Positions 1-13,334 of a stretch of 64,000 nt of DNA are shown piece after piece. Within the stretch, counting starts at the first letter, position 1, and each line of letters starts with the position of its first letter. The notes under the pieces are model-generated. The model was not told the DNA's origin, made no database searches, and saw only the letters and a program-made list of their open reading frames with translations. The translations under genes and the position numbers were made by a program. The DNA is from Callorhinchus milii (Eukaryota): NCBI RefSeq assembly GCF_018977255.1, contig NW_024704742.1, positions 107,572,001 to 107,636,000 on the forward strand, read 5' to 3'.

Positions 1-464
1 GACATGCTAAGAAGCCAGTTCCTAAATTTAAAAATCCTCCACAATTTTTCACCATCTTAAGTTTTAAGGCAATGATATTAAGGCTAAAAAGCATGAGAAA
101 TTTTGAACCTCTGTAGGCATAGTCTATAGTCCAACTTCATGTGTTACTTCTTGTGCTTACATAGTGGTAAGTTCACTTCTTAAACATGAATCAGATCGAA
201 TGGGCTAAACCTGGTGATCAGAAAGGTTTGCATTGGAGGTAACTTTGAGCCATCATGTTTGTAAATTTAATTTGAATGAAATGTTAAATGAACTTTATTG
301 CTCCTTCTGCATGTTCCTCTTGTAATGCACCATTTTCTATCTGAGAGGAAGGACAAATGCTTCCAGACTCTTGATCCCAGTTGTAAGTGTGAGAACACTG
401 AAGATCGCATTCAGGACGGGCACCAGGATGTATTTCTTTATGCAGAAAATAGTAATAGTAAAAA

Positions 465-800
465 TAAAAATGCTTACATTTGGTTTAAGTCAGGAGGACA
501 TTTCAAAGTGCTTCACAGTATTTATTGTAAAGTGCAGTGACTGTATTTTAATGAGTGAAACATGGCAGTCAATCTGTACACAGCAATATTCCACAAACAG
601 CAATGAAGTACATTATCAGTTTTATTTGGGGGAATGTTGCACAGTGGGAAACTCCCATGCCTTTTTTGAACAGAGCCATGGGAGCCTTAACATCTACTTG
701 TGAGTTCAAAACCCCAACATGGGGTTCAAAACCCCAACATAGGGTGAGCCACAACCTTCTGATTCACAGGTGTGAGTGCAATCAACTGAGCCAGGCTGAG
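465..800 (-). mobile_element. Old DeuSINE (SacSINE1/AmnSINE1-like), internally deleted
   Basis: Reverse strand has a tRNA-like head (TCAGCCTGGCTCAGTTG...GAAGGTTGTGG), Deu-like body (GTTTGTGGAATATTGCTGTGTACAGATTGACTGCC) and L2-like tail. Confidence 0.7.
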
Positions 801-1849
801 ACCTGCAAAAAGTAGGGAGTAGTTAAGTATGGATTAGTCTAAGCATCTCACATTCCAGTACTCCTCCTCACTGATGGGAGACAGGTCTGAGCTACATTCT
901 ATGGCTACCTCTGGTGGTAAAGTCAAGACTGGAAACTCATTATATGAGGAATTATGACCGTATTGCAGCTCACCAAGACACTGTATTTCACTACACAGAT
1001 GTCCTGTGTCATCAGGGCCACGTGCTGCTTGTATAACCTTCAGTGCTCAAGCAGTTTGTTTCTGAATTAATTGCTTCTAGACGCAAAGTAGATGAGGCTA
1101 CTGCCTGACCTGATTTGTACTTGTCCTCTGCAGAGCTTCAAGTATCTGTGAAAAATCCATGGGAAATCAATGTTCCAACTTAGAGAAACAGTTGAAGTGA
1201 CTTTTGTGCATTGTACTGTGATGTTTATGTGCTGAGTTGCTCGTGGGAACCATTTTTATGTCCTAAATTCATTCTGACTGACTTGTCTGAACATTAAAAA
1301 AGGAACCAATGAGCTCTGAACAGCCACCAGTGTTACACGGGTAGGTATGACAAATCTTATTGTAGTGAAACTACTTAATCAAACTGACAGGACTGACACA
1401 ATGCTGCCATGCAATACCAGTCAAAATGATCACAGACTACTGGTTCAAACTGATATCTGCTTTGGTCTGTAATTTGTTAGTTCCTGCAATTAGAGAGGAC
1501 TATTTATTTTTTAATTATCTCAACAGATCAAGTCAACGGTTAGGATCCTGAGACATCGTGCCAAAAGTCTCTTCATTTACAGAAATCAATCTTTGAAAGG
1601 CTGTCCCCACAACTTGACTCCACTGTTGTTTCGTTTGCAGGAATAGAGTTTTGTTAGAGTTATTATAATAGGATAATTTTAATGGGAAACCAATCATTTA
1701 TTGTTTGTTTCCATGGAGTGTCATATCATGTAAATTACCGTATATATAGAGCACAACAACAATTTGTACTTATAAACTGCTTTTCATGTAAAGTGAACAT
1801 CTCAAAGGGCTTTACTGAAATTATGGAGATCACGGAATGGGGAGGAGAG

Positions 1850-2250
1850 AAAACAAAGTTTAAAGGTTTTGACTAAAGACAAGGTCAAGGAGGAAAGTTC
1901 TTGAGAGAGGTTTGAAGCCAGAGAGAGGAGCAAGGTGAAGCGATTTTGAGAGAGTTTCAATGAGATGTAGCACAGATGTAGCACAGATGTGGCACAGATG
2001 TGGCATAGAGGCTGAAGGCTTGGCCGTCAATGCTGAGATGGATGGACTGAGGAGCAGTAGACCAAATTCAGAAGAGCAGAGGGTGAGTATGAGCTGGAAG
2101 TGAGTAACAAGGTATGGATTTGAAGGTCTTAAAGATGTTCTAGAGGATCTTATAAATGTTCTGCTGGCAAGATACGGTTAATCAATGGGTGTGGGAACCC
2201 TACTTTGAGAGGATGCAGGTTGCAGAGTTTTTAATTAATTGGAGCTTGTG
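1850..2250 (-). mobile_element. Degraded L2 3' fragment containing an 11-bp tandem repeat (AGATGTAGCAC x4, ~1963-2008)
   Basis: Resembles the 3' part of the younger L2 copies in this window (GGCTGAAGGC..., TGCAGAGTTTT). Confidence 0.5.
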
Positions 2251-2269
2251 GAGAATAGAGATAGGGATA

Positions 2270-2575
2270 GAGATAGTACCATATTATCCACTATATCATA
2301 TGGCATATCATGTTATATAGAGTATCATATTATTGAAATATGTCAAATAGAATACCACATTATAGAATATAATGTAGAGTATCACATTATAGAGTACTAT
2401 ATTATTGAAGATACTACAGAGTACCATATTATATTCGAGTACCATATTTTACAGAGTGCCGTATTACTGACTACTGTATATTATATAGAGTGCCTTATTA
2501 AATTACATGCCACATTGCACAGAGTAACATATTATTAAACATATTCTAAAGTGCACTACATTATATTGAACACTT
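2270..2575. repeat. Degenerate ~15-bp minisatellite (AGAGTACCATATTAT-like)
   Basis: Repeated AGAGTA(C/T)CA(C/T)ATTAT units; these explain the repetitive EYHII ORF at 2239-2538. Confidence 0.8.
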
Positions 2576-2849
2576 AATAACTGAGCAGATTCTATTTATG
2601 AACATACTGAAAGGAAAAAGCAGATTTTTTACTGTCAATCTGATATACAAGGACAGGCACCTGAGATAGGCTGGAAATAAATCTAGCTATTTTATATTGA
2701 TTTTGATGTGTGTTTGGAAAATTACCCAGAGTAAGGTCACAGTAGCACCGGTAAAACAAATCCAAATATAGTGTATTTGGGGTTTTAGTAAGCCATTGAC
2801 TGGCAGTCGGCCACATTCTCTGAAAATATTACAAACGTGGAGGTGTACT

Positions 2850-3200
2850 TTTAATATTGGGTCAGATGGTTGTTGGTTCAAGCCATGCACTGGGACATTG
2901 GGAGCTCCTACTCTTTGCTGTGCTGACTTTTAGATACAAAGTTAAACAAAAGTTCTATCACTTAAGGTGAGCATTAACAATCCCATGACACTACACCAAT
3001 AAAGAGATTCTCGTGGTGTCCTGGCCAGCAATTTTACGCATTAATTGGTCCGACATCTCATGGCTGTCTGTGGGCCGTGATGCCATGTTTGCCTAAAATA
3101 AACAATCAATACACTTGATAATAATTCTGCATGAAGCACTTTAAGACATCTTAACATGATGATATGCTATAAAAATGCAAGTTCTTTCTTTCTCTTTTTC
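2850..3200 (+). mobile_element. Old DeuSINE
   Basis: GTCAGATGGTTGTTGGTTCAAG head remnant, GGTGTCCTGGCCA body motif, tail AAATGCAAGTTCTTTCTT. Confidence 0.7.
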
Positions 3201-3529
3201 TTTCTCTTCTTTCCTTATGCTGGGACATGCTCCCATTGGTGTCAGTTGCTCTCCAGTACTTTAGCCAAGAGGCCATAGAAAATTGAGACCCCAGCTTTCA
3301 CCTAGTTTTGAGAAAGGCTGAGAAGATTGAGGAAGCTGCAGCCAAAAGCAAGGAGGTGTTGGCAGGAGCCCAGGAAGATGGTTTCCATCTTGTATGTGTT
3401 TAGATGAAGAAAGTTGAGGCTCATCCAGGACTTGATGTCTGACTGTTTGATAGATAGAGACAGGCAGGCAGAATATCAATAGACCAAGAATCAAGGGTGG
3501 GCAGAGAGATAATTTTGGGTGTCATTAAT

Positions 3530-3745
3530 GAATCATAGAATCAGAAAATCATAGAATTATACAGCACAGAAGGAGGCCATTCGTCCCATCGTGTCTGTGC
3601 TGGCTCTTTGAAAAAGCTGTCCAAATTAATCCCAGTTCTCCGTGCTCTCCCCATAGCCCTGCAAGTCTGTCCTCCCCAAATATCTCTCTACTTCTCTCTT
3701 GCAAGTTGTTATCGAATTGGCTTCCACCACCCTTTCAGGCAATTA
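3530..3745 (-). mobile_element. CR1 3' end fragment
   Basis: Reverse complement matches the CR1 3' end at ~40650-40845 (CACAGAAGGAGGCCATTCG..., ATCATAGA tail repeats). Confidence 0.8.
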
Positions 3746-3779
3746 AATATAAATGATGTTACAGACTATAATAATAATT

Positions 3780-4435
3780 GCCCCCACCCAAAAATATAAT
3801 AATTTGGTCACTCATTCCACGACTGTTTGTGGAACACTGTTGTATGCAATTGGCTGCCACGTTTCACCCATGAAATATACAGTCCATCCACTTCACAGTG
3901 GATTCTGTGAAGGGCTTTGATACGTCTCAATGACATGGTAAGGGGTTATTATTATAATAATAATAATCCTTGCATTTGATATAGCGCTTTTCACGTCGGG
4001 AGGACGTCCCAAAGCTCTTCACAGAACACACTGTAAAGTGAATTGACTGTATATTTGTGGGCGAACGCAGCAGCCAATTGCGCACAGCAATGTCCCACAA
4101 CAGTCGTAGATTGAAAATGACCAATTTATTATTGTTTTTGGTTTTGGAGGGATTATTATTAGGATTTTGGAGTAAGGAAACTTGCCCAAGGTTTCGCCCT
4201 GCCTGGAATTGAACTCAGGTCTCTCACTTGCAAAGCGAGTGCTCCAACCACTGAGCTACAGGACTCCACATTATTATTATTATTATTAATTATTATTAAT
4301 TATTATTAATCCTTGCATTTGATATAGTGCCTTATCACATCGTTGAGAGTCTCAAAGCACATCACAGAATATACTGTAAAGTGAATTGACTGTATATTTT
4401 GTGGGCAAAACACAGCAGCCAATTGCACACAGCGA
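3780..4435. mobile_element. Cluster of three tRNA-Ala-headed Deu-type SINEs: + tail (3780-3950), full - copy (3950-4270), - tail (4270-4435)
   Basis: The middle copy is nearly the reverse complement of 19201-19520; copies are joined at (ATT/TAA)n tails. Confidence 0.9.
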
Positions 4436-4549
4436 AACTAAGATAAAATGGCTAAATTTTAAAGTTTAATATCTGAACACCCTCTGGGACTGATCTTCAA
4501 TGGTTTGTAAAGAATAGCTAAAGGAGAAAAACCTTTTTTTTCTTTTTTT

Positions 4550-5090
4550 GGTGACATATGCGGAAACCCATCATCATGCTTAAGCGTATCCAAACCAAAC
4601 TGAGATTTCCATGCATCTCACCTGCACATGGAAGGCTGGAGTCGAATTAGCATTGATATTGCAGTCTAGCAAACTTTCCCGCTGCTTGTCCAGCTAGGAC
4701 CACTCTACCCGTTAGGGATACGGCTTGCAGGGTTAACAGGAGCTGAGTGGGATGACCCCATTGGTCTGTCCTTCCAGATCTTGCCAATGAGCCGGGCTGG
4801 CTGTGTTTTTATCAGTGGTCCCCTGGAATACTGTGGACCCGCCTGGCTCAGGAACCGGACTAGAGATTGCCACAGAGGGCTGGCTCAATTCCGATATTCC
4901 ATTGTCAGGTATGTCATCTTGGAGCCAGTTCAGCTCTAAGGAGACCCCGCTTACCTGCCACCCCCGAGGAGGGTAGTCACTAATTCGACATTCGATATCC
5001 AACAAGCATGGGTTTGAGCCCTGATTAGGTGAATGGTAGGTACAAGGAACCCCCTGCGAGCTGCTGGACAAGCTGCTGCATAAAATATCT
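4550..5090. repeat. Unclassified dispersed repeat(s)
   Basis: 4725-4885 recurs inverted at ~17040-17200. 4552-4632 recurs at ~15067, 23480, 26000, 31400 and 46720. Confidence 0.65.
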
Positions 5091-5414
5091 TCTGAATGTC
5101 CCACATAAAATATAATATGAGCAGATTATCTTTCTGTGGCCAAAGTTATATAAAGAAGGATTGCCAATAAATGGCAAATTTATTTGCACATAAATGCTTT
5201 CTGCTGTACAGTATGCAACAATTAAATGAAAAGTACTCCATACCCTACACAAAATATAGGGGCGATTCTCTCATCGCATGCAACATCACTAACCTTGACG
5301 CAGTGATGTTATAATGGGATTATCCATGTCTCTCCAGTGGGATATAAAGTACCACTAAGGCACTATGAGAAGAAGGCAATTGTGATGACAATCTAGTTAT
5401 TTCTGTAGCCAGAT

Positions 5415-5630
5415 GTCCACCATTGGTGGGCGGGCCTTCAGCCACTCTACCCCCACCTCTGGAGCTTCAGCCCGAAGTCCTTTCCCCTCAGCACCTCCCT
5501 TGCCTCCTTCAAGACCCTCTCAAGACCCTCCTCTTCGAGCATGCTTTTGATTGCCCTGTTTCCTCTTGGGACGTCCTCTCGACGTGAAAGCCACTATACA
5601 AATAAATGCAATTTTGTTGTTGTTATTATC
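5415..5630 (+). mobile_element. L2 3' fragment
   Basis: GGCGGGCCTTCAG...CCTTCAAGACCCTCTCAAGACC...GGGACGTCCTCTCGACGTGAAAG, ending in (TTG)n. Confidence 0.85.
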
Positions 5631-5694
5631 ACCATTATAGTTTGGAAAGATTTGCCAATACTGCAATTCCGTGAAATGTGATGGGTAGTCCAAA

Positions 5695-6055
5695 TGTGGA
5701 GTCCTATAGGTTATAGGTTAGAGTACTCATCTTACAAGTGAGAGGATCTAAGTTCAATTTCCGGGCAGGACGAAACTTTGGGCAAGTTTCCTTACTCCAC
5801 ACACCTCTGTTTACCTACCTGTTGTTAGTCGATTGGCAAATTGATTTTCCAGGGGTAATAATCCCTTCAAAGAAATATAAATAAATAAATTTTAAAATAA
5901 TTTGGTCATTCAATCCACGACTGTTTCTGGGACACTGCTGTGCACAATTGGCTGCCACGTTTTCGCCCACAAAATAAACAGTTAATTCACTTTAGAGTAT
6001 ATTCTGTGAAGCGCTTTGAGGCGTTATATCAAATGCAATGATTATTATATTATTA
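5695..6055 (+). mobile_element. tRNA-Ala-headed Deu-type SINE, full length
   Basis: TGGAGTCCTATAG head, GGGCAAGTTTCCTTACTCC, Deu-like core, ATCAAATGCAA..(ATT)n tail. Confidence 0.85.
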
Positions 6056-6099
6056 TCACAAATAGTATCCTCTGTATTGTCGGACTATTTATATTCTGT

Positions 6100-6423
6100 C
6101 TGACCTACTCCAGCCTGCTTCACATCCCCCCCTTGCCCACCCCACCATTGGCAGGTGGGCCTTCTGCCACTGTGCCTACACCCTCTGGAACTCCATCCTG
6201 TAGTATCTTCCGTCTCACCCTCTCACTTGCCTCCTTCAAGATCCATCTCAAGATCCTCCTCTTTGACCGTGCTTTCAATCACCCTGCTTACCCCCTGCCC
6301 TCCATCCTCCCCAATACCGACCCCCCAGCTTGGGTCCGAAACACTGACTGTCCAGCGCCTTGGGACGTCCTCCCACGTGAAAAGCACTTCACAAATGTAA
6401 TTTTGTTGTTGGTGTTGTTGTGA
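6100..6423 (+). mobile_element. L2 3' fragment
   Basis: Encodes LASFKIHLKILLFDRAF; tail GGGACGTCCTCCCACGTGAAAAG...(TTG)n. Confidence 0.85.
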
Positions 6424-8339
6424 AAACAGGAGAAGGGAAAGAATAAGGGGGAAAGGAACGTGACCATTAGTTTGTCGATAGACGCCTATGGTAACTTCCC
6501 CTTCGCCTTGCTCGGTGTCCAAACTTACTATTGTGTCGTGGTCCGAGACACTATCTTGTGTGAAGGATGCTATAATGATAATAAGCATTTGATGTAGCGC
6601 CTTATCACATCATTGTGACGTCTCAAAGCGCTTCACAGTATATACTTTAAAATGAATTGAGTGTATATTTTGTGGGCGAAAAGCAGCAGCCAATTGCACA
6701 CAGCAAATACTATATAAATGTAAGCATACAGATTAGGTTTGGGAAATAATAATACTTGGATTTGATATTGTTCTTGATTATGTGAAACTATTTCAAAGCG
6801 CTTCACAAGATTTACTGTAAAGTGTAATGACTGTATTTCTATGCAAACATGGCAGCCAATTTGCACTCAGCTGGGACCTTATAATCTGAGTTTCTTTTAA
6901 GCTTTGTTTTTCTAATCGGCAGGTGTTGCAATACATTTACCATTCCATTCGTTCCTGTCTTACATTTACCTTAGTATTGCTTACCTGCTTCTAATCTCTT
7001 TTCTTGCAGTATTTCTGCTCCCTTCTCCCTTCATTGTAGCATTTTCACTCTTTAAGCCTTTTAGAAATCTTAGGACACTGTTGAATGCCCATTTTATGAA
7101 TCTCTGGGGAGCCTTTGAGTGTCTTGTCAATTCTGAAGTATACATACTTTTCAGAATTCATTACTTTTTTGAAATCCCATGAAGTTAAAGCATGCAGATT
7201 TGTTCTGAGATGACGAGAGCAAGCGAGAAGAATAGCATTCGGCTGCAGGATTACAAATATTTTAACATGTTAAAGAGCTCTTATTTTGTGTTTATTTATT
7301 GTGCCTTTTTGAAGATTGCATGTCTCTTTATTTCCTACATTTCTATCACCATTTGCTGTTCAAAGCTCACTGCAGTCCATTGTACATTTAGCTGGTAATT
7401 TTGTGCAATAATAACTGGGGTTTACAAATAGACAACAAAATAAACAGCAATTCATTTTCACCACTTTTGCTGCCAGTTGTCCTTCTGCATTGAAAATTCT
7501 GGCAGTCATCTGTCCCCTTTCATTCTGAACTACAAAGCAGCTCAGCTCAGGATTGTGGAAATGGCTCATGTTTAGGTTGAATGACCATGTAGGCTTCTCT
7601 CTACAAGCTCGGCTAAAAAACCCTGCTTTATTGACAGTGTTTCAAGCCTACCTCATCTCAGTGGTCTTTGAAAATAAGCAGAGGGGAGTTTGGCAAAAAT
7701 GTTCCTATGCTGGCTCCAGCTGTGTAACAGCTTTTATAGAAGTCTTGATAATTTGAATTAGCTGGTTCCTATTTTAGACCAACACAGATTAATAGATCTG
7801 GGTTATGATGGCCACAGACTCAATCATACAGGAGCAACACAAGCGGTTTGCCTGTAATAAACCCTTCCACCACCAGCAACATTGACACGGACATAAACAG
7901 GATGACACCCAGTTTGACATTGAACTAAATATAACTTGCCGCTGCTATTTCTGTTCAATCAGTCAAACTGTACATCAGCCTGGTGATCCATTAGTAATCT
8001 GCACAGGTACAAAAGCAATTCTTCAGCCATGGCAAAGTAGCTGTATTATCTTATGCTACATTTCTGCAGTATGTTTAGCAGAAAATTGCTGGCAGTTGGA
8101 TTGTGATTAACCACCAAGTGTGCGTTTTAACTGGAACAAGGCAAATTGTGCTGAATCCCACTCCTAGCATAACCTGAGGGAAGTGGTTTCAGGAGCACAG
8201 AGCTTGCTCCTGCGTTTTTTATGTAAACTCTGATTCACTGCACTGAACATACATAGAGCATCGTTTTAATAATAGTGAGGAGTTGGTGGTGCCAACAACT
8301 CTTTAAAATAACATAAAGACATCTAATTTGTGTTATTTC

Positions 8340-8530
8340 TCTGACCCTCTGAAACTTCCTGCCTCAGTTTCTCTGCCTTGCCCTCTCTTTGCTAGTCTTC
8401 AGATCACACTTGAAGACTTACCTCTTCAACTATGCTTACGGTCACCTCCCCTTTCTCCCAAATTGTACCATTGTTAAGCATTTCAAGACACTTCCCTGGT
8501 GGGAAGGGTGCTAAGTAAATGCAAGTTGTT
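8340..8530 (+). mobile_element. Older L2 subfamily 3' end
   Basis: CTTGAAGACTTACCTCTTCAAC...GTCACCTCCCCTTT...GAAGGGTGCTA..AAATGCAAGTTGTT; same type as 35690-35925, 62721-62890 and 63360-63600. Confidence 0.65.
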
Positions 8531-9152
8531 TTATTTTTTAACAGAATTCCTTAATATTTTGCATCAATTTTTCTCTTCAAATAGATCTCTTCGTAGCAGA
8601 CTTCCTTAGGGTCTCCATAGTTAATGGAAGGAGGAGATCCATTTGCCTGACTCAGCTTTCTTCGTGCAATGAGATTGATCCCCAATGTTTAGAGGAATGA
8701 GTTATAAGCCATGAGTAGACAAGTTAAGGCTCTTCAGACTTGAAAGGAAACACCTGAGAGGGTTGTAGATGTATAGAAGATTAATAATAATCCTTGCACT
8801 TGATATAGCACCTTATCATAAGAACATAAGAAACGCTAGATGATAAAAAGACCAAGGTCCATCTAGTTCACCTTCCAACTTCCTGACAGTTGCATGCACA
8901 TATGTCCTGAACTACCTATGCACTATAACCCATAATGTTCGTTCCTAAAAAAAACTGTTTGAAAAAATCAACATTATCACGTTGTTGAGACATCTCAAAG
9001 CATTTCACAGGTACATTATAAAGTGGAGTGATTGTGTATTTTGTAACTTGTAGATTGTAAATGATATTGAGAAAGTAAACTCGGAACAATACTTTAGGAT
9101 ATAATAATAATAATCATTGCATTTGATATAGCGCTTTTCACATCTTCTAGAC

Positions 9153-10407
9153 AACAACAACAACAACAACAAGATTCCATTTATAAAGTGCCTTTCACGT
9201 CAGGAGGACGTCCCAAGGCGCTGCACAGTTGGGTCAGGACCCGAGCAGGGGGAAATGGTCAGGGTGAGGGGAGGGAAGGGAGGAAGCGAGGAGGGGGAAG
9301 AGAGTCGAGAGGGGAGCTGAAGGCTCGGTCAAAGAGAAAGGTTTTGAGACCGGCCTTGAAGGAGGAGAGGGAGGAAGCGGCGAAGGCACTGGGGGATGGA
9401 GTTCCAGAGCCTGGGGGCTGAGAGACTGAAGGCCCGACCACCGATGGTAGGGCGGTTGGGGCGGGGGACGTGGAGCAGACCGGAGCCAGAGGAACGGAGG
9501 GTACGGGCAGGTAGGTAGGGGGATAGTAGGTCGGAGAGGTAGGAGGGAACAAGGCCGTGGATGGCCTTATAGGTGAGGATGAGGATCTTGAAATCAATCC
9601 TCTGGGGAATGGAGAGCCAGTGGAGGCGAGCGAGGGTGGGAGTGATGTGGTCCCGAAGCCTGGTGCGGGACAGTACACGAGCTGCAGAGTTCTGAATGAC
9701 CTGCAGCTTGTGGAGGGAGGTGGCGGGAAGGCCGGCGAGGAGAGAGTTCCCATAGTCCAGCCTTGAGGTGACGAAGGCGTGGACCAGAGTTTCAGCAGCG
9801 TGAGGGGTGAGGTAGTGCCGTAGTCTGGCGATGTTCCGGAGGTGATGGAAGGCGGTGCCAGTTGTGGTGCGGATGTGAGGGAGAAAGGACAGCTCAGGGT
9901 CGAACAAAACGCCGAGGTTCCTGACTGGCTTTGAGAGGTGGAGAGTGCAGCCTTGGATGCTGATGCTGTCAGCGCCTGAGGTGCGGCGGCGCTGACGTGA
10001 GCCAATCAGGAGGGCCTCGGTTTTACGCACGTTGAGCTGAAGAAAGTTGTCTCTCGTCCAGGACTCGATGTCGGACAGGCAGGCTGTCAGGACATCGGTG
10101 GTCGTGGAGTTGAGAGTAGAGGAGGAAAGGTAGAGTTGGGTGTCATCCGCATACATGTGGAAGTTAACCCCATGTCTGCGGATGATGTCACCAGGGGGAG
10201 CATATAGAGGGTGAAGAGGAGGGGACCGAGGACAGAGCCCTGAGGGACACCACATGAGACAGTGTGGGGGCTGGAGGAGAAGCCATTTGTTGAGACAAAG
10301 TGAAGACGGTGAGAAAGGTACGACCTAAACCACTCAAGGACAGTGCCTTGAAGGTTGAGGTGGGATGACAAGCGGTGGAGTAGGATAGCGTGGTCGACCG
10401 TATCGAA
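9153..10407 (-). mobile_element. Young 5'-truncated L2 LINE (ORF2 RT to 3' UTR) inserted in a SINE tail
   Basis: ORFs carry [34 protein letters not shown] and RIDFKIL. (TTG)n tail at 9153-9172. AGAC duplicated at 9149-9152 and 10408-10411. The host SINE tail continues on both sides. Confidence 0.97.
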
Positions 10408-10469
10408 AGACGTCTCAAAGCCTTTCACAGAATATACTGCATATTGTGTGGGTGAAATGCATTGAGATG

Positions 10470-10720
10470 GCAGTACAAGACGACATAGATTCAGAGTTAC
10501 AAAAGGGCAATTTCAGGATAGACACTAGAAGTATTCCTTTATCCGGAAAGTAATTGGTGTCCAAAACAAGTTATCGGGAAACGTGTTTGAGGACAGAACA
10601 CTGGGTTTCATTTAAAAAGCAGCTTGATGCTGTGATGGGAAGATGCTAGTGTGGGTTGTTATAGAAGAAAGATCAAAGTGGGCCAAAGGGCTTTCATTAT
10701 CTGAATGTCTCTTGTGATCT
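10470..10720 (+). mobile_element. Old CR1 3' fragment
   Basis: GACATAGATTCAGAGTTACAAAAGGGCAATTTCAGG...CATTTAAAAAGCAGCTTGATG...GGGCCAAAGGGC. Confidence 0.6.
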
Positions 10721-11274
10721 TGTAATATTTCCTTATTAAAGAAGCCACTGCAAATTTACACTCCTTTAAGTCCATTTGAAAGTACAAGTTAGGCTTCCGC
10801 TGGGTTATACCAAAGGAAGGAGGAGGCTTTGTTCCTGATAATATTGGCAGAGCACTATAATAGGATTTTGTGAGGCAAGTGCACAGGGAAACATTTGGCC
10901 AATTCATCACCAAAATGGTCGATGAGTCTGATAATAAAGTTTTGCAATCCTATTTTATAACAATTTTAAAGAGCGACGTTTATTATTTTATTTCATTTGA
11001 AATCATTGTTTACCTGCGCCTTCAAGATGATAATCATTATTAAAAAAATACTTAAATAAATTCTTTGTAACAGATCAATTGTAAAAGAGAGGGAGAGCAA
11101 GAAAGTCAGAAATGAAGTGATAAAGAGTCAGTAGAGAGAGAAAATTAAAGACTCAAGGAATAAGAAATTCAGAGAGAAGGTGAGAGAGAGACAGAGCCCA
11201 AGAGATAAATAAAGAATTTGAGTAAGAGGGGAGAAGGAAAGAGAAAGGAAGAGGAAAATGTGAGAAAGAGGCAA

Positions 11275-11630
11275 ATAATAATAATAATCCTTGTACTTGA
11301 TGTAGCGTCTTATCACGTCGTTGAGATGCCTCAAAGCACTTCATAGAATATACTGTAAAGTGAATTGACTGTATATTTTGTGGGCAAAATGTGGCAGCCA
11401 TTTGCACACAGCAGTGGCCCACAAACAGTCCTGGATTGAATGAATTTTTTTTCAGGGATTATTACCCCCAGAGAGCGATCCGCCAATCGACTAACAACCA
11501 GATTCCTACTTACTGCGAGGTAAACAGTGGCGTGTCAAGTAAGGAAACTTGGCTAAAGTTTGCCTCGTCTAGGAATTGAACCCGGGTCCTCTAGCTTGCA
11601 AGCCAAGTCCTCTAACCTCAGGACTACAAA
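11275..11630 (-). mobile_element. tRNA-Ala-headed Deu-type SINE
   Basis: Head (GTAGTCCTGAGGTTAGAGG...TTGCAAG...GGTTCAATTCC), Deu core and (ATT)n tail on the reverse strand. Confidence 0.85.
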
Positions 11631-12444
11631 CAGAAGGGCTGACACACTTTGTTACTACAGTGGAAGTCTAACTCCAGATGCAGGAATGTTTTAGTTAATG
11701 CTGTAGCCAGTTTGTATTCAGTGTGATGACCAATCATCCACACTTTCTATATCCACAATGGGTTCAGTTTCAATTAGTGCGGATAATTAACTCTCCACTA
11801 TATAATTATAAGATGTATGTAGTGAACAATTAAACAGGTAACAAGGAATGAGCCAACTCAAGAAGATAATTGTGCATAATGTTGCATAGTTCTGTAGAGA
11901 TCATCTTTCAGGATTCTTCAATAACACATCAACGTCTTATTAAAAAATCTTTTCCTTGTCTTTTCCATTTAAAGTCATTTCAACATATATGATGCGTGAA
12001 ATTGAACAGGCAGGATATATACTTCCCCAGGCTATTTCCAAGCATCAACACAACATTTTTGTCAAAACAGGTAGCTTGCTGTAGAGGTAAGCCTTGGAGG
12101 TTAATGAGACCCACAGATGTAATTCTTGAGTTTCTTCACTATTTAACAAAAATTTAAGCAGGTTTTAAATAATGGGGGTATTTTTNGCTCGTGCAAAAGG
12201 AATGGAATACAACAACAACTTGCACTTATACAACGCCCTCCACACAGAGTAGTGTCTGCAAATACAGATACAATGCAAGAGAAATGCACAGGAAGAAATA
12301 TTAAAACAAAGAGAAAGTAAAGATTAAAAATACAGGAAAAGTTGTAAAGTGAAAATAATGAAAAGTTTTAAAGTCAAGATTTGTATCAAAGATGGATCCA
12401 AACCACAGTATTAAGAACATAAAGGGGATACTTTCTGTTTATCA

Positions 12445-12960
12445 TCCAGAACTCTGTAGCCCATGTCTTCTCCCGCACTTGGCTCCATGACCCTATCACC
12501 CCCATCCTTGCTTGACTCCACTGGCTTCCCATCACACAGAGGATACAGTTCAAGATCCTGGTCCTCACCTTCAAAACACTCCACAGTCCTACTACCCTCT
12601 ACCTCTGTGACCTCCTAATCCCCTAACATCCTGCTTGCTCCCGCCGCTCAGCGGACTCCGGCCTACTTCACGCCCCCCAGCTCGCTTGCCCCACTATTGG
12701 CGGGCGGGCCTTTCGCCACCCTGCTCCCACCCTCTGGAACTCCATTCCGCAGTCCCTCTGCCTCGCCCCCTCCCTTGCCACCTTCAAGACCCATCTCAAG
12801 ACCCTGCTCTTCGACCGTGCTTTCGATCTCCTGCTCGACCCCTTCCCTCTACCTTCCCCGACCCTGAACCCCAGCTCGGGTCCGTAACTCTGTCTGTCCA
12901 GCACCTTGGGACGTCCTCCCAATGTGAAAGCCGCTTTACAAATGTAATTTTGTTGTTGGT
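12445..12960 (+). mobile_element. L2 3' fragment, second subfamily with canonical C-terminal frame
   Basis: IQNSVA...LHWLPI...WNSIPQSLCLAPSLATFKTHLKTLLFDRAF, followed by an L2 tail. Confidence 0.9.
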
Positions 12961-13334
12961 TATAAAGGTTTCAAGGTTTCTATGTAAACTCTTTTCATTT
13001 ACAAACACAGCACATTGACAATCATTGAGTCAAAATGCATCATGCTTTCTTATATGCGACATCACAACATCAATAATACTTTTTTCCGTTCTTCACTTCA
13101 AGCACTATTTGCCAAACACATTTTAACGAGGAGACTGACCCTTTAATACACTGCAGTGCTCCATGTAAATTCATCTATAATCTCTACTTTAACTGATGTC
13201 TATATGATACATTATGTAACTAAAGCCTCAACATGTCATATATACCAGGGTCTGTTTGAGTGATATTGAATAAAGAGGTGTAGCTTCTCCAGAATTGATT
13301 TCATCTTCATCACAGAGAAAAGCCCTTGAGATGG

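Noticed and set aside
1134..1340. Possible exon (CTGCAG ... GTAGGT)
   Set aside because: The frames examined hit early stops and gave no recognisable peptide.
2239..2538. Repetitive 99-aa ORF or CRISPR-like array
   Set aside because: Degenerate tandem minisatellite with no unique spacers, in eukaryotic context.
9259..10005. 248-aa Ser/Pro-rich ORF (also 18217-18636 and 36886-37455)
   Set aside because: Alternative frames of C-rich L2 ORF2 sequence.
12186..12186. Single N base
   Set aside because: Assembly ambiguity or gap marker; not biological, though contiguity across it is uncertain.
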